Shown: positions 55,944-64,000 of the stretch, piece after piece
How positions within the stretch are numbered: position 1 is the stretch's first letter
Layout of the letters: every line of letters begins with the position of its first letter
Assembly (NCBI GenBank): GCA_964016885.1
Contig: OZ024755.1
Location: 39,060,001 to 39,124,000, forward strand
Direction: 5' to 3'
Origin: Eledone cirrhosa
Lineage: Eukaryota
DNA length: 64,000 nucleotides
Notes under the pieces: generated by a model
The model's input: only the letters and a program-made list of their open reading frames with translations
Database searches by the model: none
Told to the model about the DNA's origin: nothing
Position numbers and translations under genes: made by a program

Positions 55944-56111
55944 CAGTGAGTTATTTGTGTGTGTGTGTGCGTGTGTGTGTATGTATGTCAGTGAGTTATT
56001 TGTGTTTGTGTGTGTGTGTATGTCAGTGAATTATTTGTGTGTGCGTGTGAGTGTGTGTATGTCAGTGAGTTATTTGTGTGTGTTTGTGTGTGTGTGTATG
56101 TCAGTGAGTTA

Positions 56112-56142
<31 letters not shown>

Positions 56143-56255
56143 CAGTGAGTTATTTGTGTGTGTGTGTGTGTGTATGTCAGTGAGTTATTTGTGTGTGTGT
56201 GTGTGTGTGTCAGTGAGTTATTTGTGTGTGTGTGTGTGTGTATGTCAGTGAGTTA

Positions 56256-56292
<37 letters not shown>
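55430..56292. repeat. Compound minisatellite: atgtcagtgagttattt separated by variable (GT)n
   Basis: More than 20 units. Confidence 0.9.
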
Positions 56293-56296
<4 letters not shown>

Positions 56297-56577
56297 ATAT
56301 ATACCGCAGTGAAAAGGATACAGTCTCTATATTTACCTAATAACGTTACATCATATAATGTAGCTCACCCTTTGTGGTTGGAGGCTGTTATCCTTAGATA
56401 GGGGTATTGTCCTAGGCCAGCAGAGTAGAGCCATGACCAGCTGGAGCATTACATCGACAACCAAATACCTTACTTGATTAAATTAGGTCCCCTGCAGTGT
56501 TTAATACTTTGTATTTTCTTTTCATTCCCAAATAAACATAAACCAAATAACTACCATTTGTTGTTAGTGTTTAACCT

Positions 56578-56775
56578 AGGGCGGGGGATTGGCAGCATCG
56601 GTAGAGGGTCGGAGACCATGCTTTTCAGCATAGAGTTACGTCTCTTTATGGTCTGAGTAGTTAAAATCCCGCCGAGGTTAACTTTGCCTTTTATCCTTAC
56701 AGGGTCGATAAAATAAAACACCAGTATAGCACTGGGATAATTGCTGGCCTTGTACCAAAAGTATAAACAATTATT
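56578..56775 (+). mobile_element. Main-family SINE
   Basis: Consensus match. Confidence 0.85.
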
Positions 56776-57185
56776 ACTATTTAACCTAGCATTTCAACTG
56801 TCCAGCTGACCCATGGTGTTCCAGCCATGACCAACATGTCTCTTCTTTTGTATATTTAGAATTATATTGCTCAATGTGTTCTTTTGTATAGTAAACGGTT
56901 GGGTCTGATTTAAGTGACATGGTTGTTCTATTTAAGCAAGTCGAGCGATCATATAGACATTTGTCGGCTTATTCAAATAAGTAGAAACTATTGAGTTCAA
57001 TCAAGAACACTTCTTCCCTAAAGTGTTTAGCTTGGATTTAAAAGCTATTTACAATAACATGTTCCAAGATTCCTGTTCAAGCTACTCCAAGAGTTAGTTC
57101 AAATCTCAATGGAGTTGAACCTTCCTTCCACAGCCCTCAACAGTTAACCAAATAGAAAATACTATTGAAATATAACCAGTGAATG

Positions 57186-60100
57186 GTAACTGAGATAGTT
57201 ACCACTGGTATAGTAATACGGTAGAGTAATATGTTACCACTGGTACAGTAATATGTTAGGGTAACCCAGATAGTTACCTCTGGTACAGTAATATGTTAGG
57301 GTAACCCAGATAGTTACCTCTGGTACAGTAATATGTTAGGGTAACCCAGATAGTTACCACTGGTACAGTAATATGTTAAGGAACCCAGATAGTTACCACT
57401 GGTACAGTAATATGTTAGGGTAACCCAGATAGTTACCTCTGGTACAGTAATATGTTAGGGTAACCCAGATAGTTACCACTGGTACAGTAATATGTTAGGG
57501 TAACCCAGATAGTTACCACTGGTGCAGTAATATGTTAGGGTAACCCAGATAGTTACCACTGGTGCAGTAATATGTTAGGGTAAACCAGATAGTTACCACT
57601 GGTACAGTAATATGTTAGGGTAACCCAGATAGTTACCACTGGTACAGTAATATGTTAGGGTAACCCAGATAGTTACCACTGGTGCAGTAATATGTTAGGG
57701 TAACCCAGATAGTTACCACTGGTGCAGTAATATGTTAGCGTAACCCAGATAGTTACCACTGGTACAGTAATATGTTAGGGTAACCCAGATAGTTACCACT
57801 GGTGCAGTAATATGTGAGGGTAACCCAGATAGTTACCACTGGTACAGTAATATGTTAGGGTAACCCAGGTAGTTACCACTGGTACAGTAATATGTTAGCG
57901 TAACCCAGATAGTTACCACTGGTACAGTAATATGTTAGGGTAACCCAGATAGTTACCACTGGTACAGTAATATGTTAGGGTAACCCAGATAGTTACCTCT
58001 GGTACAGTAATATGTTAGGGTAACCCAGATAGTTACCACTGGTGCAGTAATATGTTAGGGTAAACCAGATAGTTACCACTGGTGCAGTAATATGTTAGGG
58101 TAAACCAGATAGTTACCACTGGTACAGTAATATGTTAGGGTAACCCAGATAGTTACCACTGGTACAGTAATATGTTAGGGTAACCCAGATAGTTACCACT
58201 GGTGCAGTAATATGTTAGGGTAACCCAGATAGTTACCACTGGTACAGTAATATGTTAGGGTAACCCAGATAGTTACCACTGGTGCAGTAATATGTGAGGG
58301 TAACCCAGATAGTTACCACTGGTGCAGTAATATGTTAGGGTAAACCAGATAGTTACCACTGGTGCAGTAATATGTTAGGGTAAACCAGATAGTTACCACT
58401 GGTACAGTAATATGTTAGGGTAACCCAGATAGTTACCACTGGTACAGTAATATGTTAGGGTAACCCAGATAGTTACCACTGGTGCAGTAATATGTTAGGG
58501 TAACCCAGATAGTTACCACTGGTACAGTAATATGTTAGGGTAACCCAGATAGTTACCACTGGTGCAGTAATATGTGAGGGTAACCCAGATAGTTACCACT
58601 GGTACAGTAATATGTTAGGGTAACCCAGGTAGTTACCACTGGTACAGTAATATGTTAGCGTAACCCAGATAGTTACCACTGGTACAGTAATATGTTAGGG
58701 TAACCCAGATAGTTACCACTGGTACAGTAATATGCTAGGGTAACCCAGATAGTTACCTCTGGTACAGTAATATGTTAGGGTAACCCAGATAGTTACCACT
58801 GGTGCAGTAATATGTTAGGGTAAACCAGATAGTTACCACTGGTGCAGTAATATGTTAGGGTAACCCAGATAGTTACCACTGGTGCAGTAATATGTTAGGG
58901 TAACCCAGATAGTTACCACTGGTACAGTAATATGTTAGGGTAACCCAGGTAGTTACCACTGGTACAGTAATATGTTAGCGTAACCCAGATAGTTACCACT
59001 GGTACAGTAATATGTTAGGGTAACCCAGATAGTTACCACTGGTACAGTAATATGTTAGGGTAACCCAGATAGTTACCTCTGGTACAGTAATATGTTAGGG
59101 TAACCCAGATAGTTACCACTGGTGCAGTAATATGTTAGGGTAAACCAGATAGTTACCACTGGTGCAGTAATATGTTAGGGTAACCCAGATAGTTACCACT
59201 GGTGCAGTAATATGTTAGGGTAACCCAGATAGTTACCACTGGTACAGTAATATGTTAGGGTAACCCAGATAGTTACCACTGGTGCAGTAATATGTGAGGG
59301 TAACCCAGATAGTTACCACTGGTGCAGTAATATGTTAGGGTAAACCAGATAGTTACCACTGGTGCAGTAATATGTTAGGGTAAACCAGATAGTTACCACT
59401 GGTACAGTAATATGTTAGGGTAACCCAGATAGTTACCACTGGTACAGTAATATGTTAGGGTAACCCAGATAGTTACCACTGGTGCAGTAATATGTTAGGG
59501 TAACCCAGATAGTTACCACTGGTACAGTAATATGTTAGGGTAACCCAGATAGTTACCACTGGTGCAGTAATATGTGAGGGTAACCCAGATAGTTACCACT
59601 GGTACAGTAATATGTTAGGGTAACCCAGGTAGTTACCACTGGTACAGTAATATGTTAGCGTAACCCAGATAGTTACCACTGGTACAGTAATATGTTAGGG
59701 TAACCCAGATAGTTACCACTGGTACAGTAATATGTTAGGGTAACCCAGATAGTTACCTCTGGTACAGTAATATGTTAGGGTAACCCAGATAGTTACCACT
59801 GGTGCAGTAATATGTTAGGGTAAACCAGATAGTTACCACTGGTGCAGTAATATGTTAGGGTAAACCAGATAGTTACCACTGGTACAGTAATATGTTAGGG
59901 TAACCCAGATAGTTACCACTGGTACAGTAATATGTTAGGGTAACCCAGATAGTTACCACTGGTGCAGTAATATGTTAGGGTAACCCAGATAGTTACCACT
60001 GGTACAGTAATATGTTAGGGTAACCCAGATAGTTACCACTGGTGCAGTAATATGTGAGGGTAACCCAGATAGTTACCACTGGTACAGTAATATGTTAGGG

Positions 60101-60405
60101 TAACCCAGATAGTTACCACTGGTACAGTAATATGTTAGGGTAACCCAGATAGTTACCTCTGGTACAGTAATATGTGAGGGTAACCCAGATAGTTACCACT
60201 GGTACAGTAATATGTTAGGGTAACCCAGGTAGTTACCACTGGTACAGTAATATGTTAGCGTAACCCAGATAGTTACCACTGGTACAGTAATATGTTTGGG
60301 TAACCCAGATAGTTACCACTGGTACAGCAATATTCTAGGGTAACCCACCTTCTTACCTCTGGTACAGTAATATGTTAGGGTAACCCACTTTGTTACCTCT
60401 GGTAT
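57186..60405. repeat. 40-bp satellite, about 80 copies
   Basis: Unit gtaacccagatagttaccactggtacagtaatatgttagg. Confidence 0.97.
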
Positions 60406-60671
60406 AACATAATCTTCGTTTCAATAAGACTTATTGATCTTCAGAACGCAGCTAATATCTGTTCAAAACAAACCAATTATCTGTGAGTTTTAAACGAAGA
60501 TTGACGCCATTTCCATTTGTAAATATTCCAATTGTGTCATCTCACCAAAACGACTGGAAAGGCATGAACTTCACAGCATCTACATTATCTCTTTTAGTTA
60601 AATAATCTGTTCACTTGCGGCTTTTGCGTGAAATAGGAACAAATAAAATTAAAACAAAGTTAAATGGCTTA

Positions 60672-60971
60672 GTTGTTATTGTTGTTGATGTTGCTGTTTC
60701 TGTCATTATTGTTGTTGCTGTTTTAGCTGTTGTTGTTGTTGTTGTTGTTGTTGTTATTGCTGTTGTTGTTGTTGTAGCTGTTACTATTGTTGTAGCTGTT
60801 ATTATTGTTGTAGTCGTTATTGATGTTGCTGTTATTGCTATTTTTATTGTTGCTGTTACTATTGTTGTTGCTTTTGTTGTTGTTGTTGTTGTTATTGCTG
60901 CTGTTGTTGTTGTTGCTGAAGCCTTTACTATTGTTGTAGCTGTTATTGTTGTTGTTGTTGTTGTTGTTGTT
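60672..60971. repeat. (GTT)n trinucleotide tract
   Basis: Direct. Confidence 0.92.
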
Positions 60972-61529
60972 TTCAGCAGCACACCAGACCATCACTATCA
61001 GATATTTCATACCAGAACACTGGGTCATCCGTCGGTTTCAACGATGAGCATCAAGTTTTTTAACCAAATGAACCCCAATTCACGAATAAACGCGTAACTG
61101 ATCTAGTGTTCCACAGACACGTGTACCTTTCCCTTAATTCTAAAACTAATCAGTGTAAGACAATATTGAACAAGTTGAATTACAGATACAATCCATCCGA
61201 CGGGCTTCCAGATAGTTTCCGTCTACTCAATTTCACTGAAAAATGATTCGGTTCTCTCGAATCTATGGTAAATGATACATCTTGAACCTGAAGTATCCCC
61301 TGGACAGGAGGCTAGTCATTCGCAGGGTGAATCTAAAGCTTTTGTTATCCCTCAATTTTAGTTGAGTTCAGTGGAACAACGAGAAGTGAATTGTTTCGAT
61401 TGATAATATAGAGTTTCAATTTGTTTTGAATTCGAACCCGAAACATTAGGATCACGAGCTCCGCATCCTTAACTGCGACACGTATCCCACATATACTGCA
61501 TGTTACACACACAGATATATGTATGTATG

Positions 61530-61566
<37 letters not shown>

Positions 61567-61877
61567 ATAATTGTTTCTACTTTTGGCACAAGGCCAGCAA
61601 TTACCTAGTACATTACTGGTAAGTAATAATAACAGTATGTATACTTATATATGTTTATAATACAATTATAAATATGGACGGTAGTAATAAGTACTAGGTG
61701 GTTGCCGGTGCTCCGATGATATCAGACATCCCTCTGGAAGAAACAATTGTCAGCAAATAAATGCATTAAACTAGGATTTGATTGTTTTAACACTTTATAT
61801 ATATATATATATTTTTTTTTTTTCAATTGTATTAGCCTTTGTTTTTAAATCCGTATCTTAATCCACTTCAAATAAAA

Positions 61878-61950
61878 TTTCATTCTGATGAGCGATTTCA
61901 GACCTCTGTGTCAAGCTCGTCTGTCTTCGTGAAATCTTTGGTAAATGGAA
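61878..61950 (+). ncRNA. Type I hammerhead ribozyme (family A) in element extending to about 62045
   Basis: tttcatt-CTGATGA-gcga...tcgt-GAAA-tc ttt gg-TA-aatggaa (7-bp stem I). Confidence 0.7.
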
Positions 61951-62061
61951 TAATTGTCTTATGTTCTTTATTACATAACAAAATAGCTCTATAGCCTACA
62001 TAGAACATTCTCTTTCCTTTACGTTCCCTACGGAAACACTTAATATGTATATATATATCTT

Positions 62062-62352
62062 GGGCGGGTAAAATCCCCGAGATACATGGACGAGTTCTCT
62101 CCAGCGGTCTCTGTCCCTCATCATTGCTGCCATGTACTGCGTCTCCAACAGACCAGTGTCTGTCCTTAGGGCATCAACATCTGTCAACCTCGGCCCCCTC
62201 TTCCAGTGTGTCCATGCAGGGGCTCCCGCAGGAGCACTGAGTGCAATGTCAACTCTGGATGTTGGTGAGCATGTCCAGCTAACCTCAGTCTTCTCTGTGA
62301 TTCTTTAGAGCTGACTTTTGGGAGGCTCCCGTACAGCTCTGGTTTCTTCATC
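62062..62352 (-). mobile_element. RTE LINE ORF C-terminal fragment
   Basis: ELYGSLPKVSSK..QRRLRLAGHAHQHPE..VLLREPLHGH..RG...LRTDTGL...MRDRDRWR. Confidence 0.75.
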
Positions 62353-62374
62353 CTCAGTGTATACTGATTAATGT

Positions 62375-62433
<59 letters not shown>

Positions 62434-62609
62434 TTAGTTATACTATTTATGGTTATGCAAATACAAAACCTTAAGCAGTTGTAAGTATTTTACACACACC
62501 CTAAATAGTGGTTACCAGTAAGTTAAGTAGCTCAATGTAAAAACATCAGATGATTTACAGAGCAGTTATATGAAATATAAGAATCAAAGAACTGCTCAAA
62601 ACATTATTG

Positions 62610-62656
62610 TGCTTACAGCTGTTTCCTCCAAATCGAGGTTTGGATTCTTCGGAGCA
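62610..62656 (-). ncRNA. Variant hammerhead (CCGAAGA core) in a PLE-like tail ending in a hairpin at 62967-63020
   Basis: tgct-CCGAAGA-a tccaaa cctcga tttgga g-GAAA-cagctg-TA-agca. Confidence 0.5.
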
Positions 62657-63015
62657 ATTTATTAATGCATGGACAGTTATATGACCTCCTTTTCAGCCGA
62701 GAGACATACCAAATACATATTCAAACATTGATACATATTCAAACATTGTGGGTCAACATTCATTACAGAATTTAGAGTGGCAGTACACACTTCGAGATTA
62801 CATGTATATTAATAGGTACAATCAAAAATCAAAGATATAGGTTAAAGTACAACATGAAGATAAGTGGTTATATAGTGCAAATGTTATATGTGTGGCACGC
62901 ATGTGCGTCTTGTTTATATAGTGTGGCAGAGAGATATGTGTGGTAGAGGCACTTAGGTAGGTAAATAAGAGTGTTAGGTTGGTAGATCTGGTGGCAGATC
63001 TACCAACCTAACACT

Positions 63016-63112
<97 letters not shown>

Positions 63113-63270
63113 ATATTTAGGGAGGGTCATATTGTTATAATATTGTCAAAAATAATAATAAAACACAATCACTGTTTGATTTAGGTTGGTTTTTGCTTCT
63201 GTATCTTTTATATCTCCATAGGTAATTTAGCTGGCAATGAATGTTTATCATTGATTGCCCAGCGGTTGAT

Positions 63271-63311
<41 letters not shown>

Positions 63312-63372
63312 CACAAACACACACACACACACATACCGCCTACGGACGCATTTATTGCAACCTTACAACAAC

Positions 63373-63404
<32 letters not shown>

Positions 63405-63460
63405 TTTTTATCATTTCTGGCGGGGATCATGGTAGAAGAAACTTATTCCAGTCTGAGGTA

Positions 63461-63542
63461 TCTCCTGAAGAGTTCCAGGCCTCGTGGATGTATCCAAATC
63501 GGATATATCCAAAAAGTGGAACGAAACCACCGGTGGTCGAAA
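63461..63542 (+). ncRNA. Type I hammerhead ribozyme with long stem II and palindromic stem III
   Basis: CTGAAGA-gttcca..tggatgtatcc aaatc ggatatatcca..tggaac-GAAA-ccaccggtgg-TC. Confidence 0.7.
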
Positions 63543-63878
63543 CTACAGGAATTTTGGTAAAATCGATGTGCATTTTTTCTTCAAACTTCTATTTTGTACC
63601 TAATTCCGTGTAGTTAACTATTTGTCTAGTCAATTTCTACAGGCTAGATGAAATAATAAGATAAGTGTCATATGGCTGTACATCCCCGAAAATGATCTGT
63701 ATCATTTGTCTATTATTTCTTCACAAGTACATTTTAAACTTATAGCCTCGTTTAAATTATTTTTTATGTGGTTAATTTATACTGATTGGGAGAGCAAATA
63801 CTGTATATATTTTATCTAATGTTTCTTCGGACTTGCATTTATATATTCCACAATGCTTCAAGCAAACTTCAATACTCT

Positions 63879-63915
<37 letters not shown>

Positions 63916-63920
63916 ATTAT

Positions 63921-63962
<42 letters not shown>

Positions 63963-64000
63963 ATAATAATAATAATAATAATAGTAATAATAAAAAATTT

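Noticed and set aside
55430-56292. Constant repeat plus variable spacer (CRISPR-like)
   Set aside because: The spacers are only (GT)n of variable length.
60611-61097. Poly-T/V/N ORFs (mucin-like)
   Set aside because: Translations of the (GTT)n microsatellite.

Overview
Repeat-saturated, AT-rich eukaryotic DNA. The SINE families and extreme (TA)n/(CA)n density suggest an octopus/cephalopod genome (inference). No intact host protein-coding gene is recognisable, and almost all listed ORFs are microsatellite or satellite artefacts. Contents: about 17 copies of one tRNA-derived SINE plus other SINEs; decayed LINE fragments (RTE, Tx1/L1-like, Vingi); two Penelope-like element (PLE) remnants with RT/GIY-YIG motifs and inverted terminal arms; satellites and minisatellites with units of 22, 25, 37, 39, 40, 45, 67 and 73 bp; and a 200-N gap (24835-25034). 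The main signal is a hidden layer of about a dozen foldable type I hammerhead ribozyme (HHR) motifs, plus half and degenerate ones, from at least four sequence families. They lie in short, often fold-back (palindromic) PLE-like mini-elements sitting in (TA)n tracts. A second clear result is a 6-kb satellite born from the last 73 bp of a Vingi LINE, which itself split an older element and has a visible 5-bp TSD. All structures were folded by eye; family names come from remembered motifs, not database searches.
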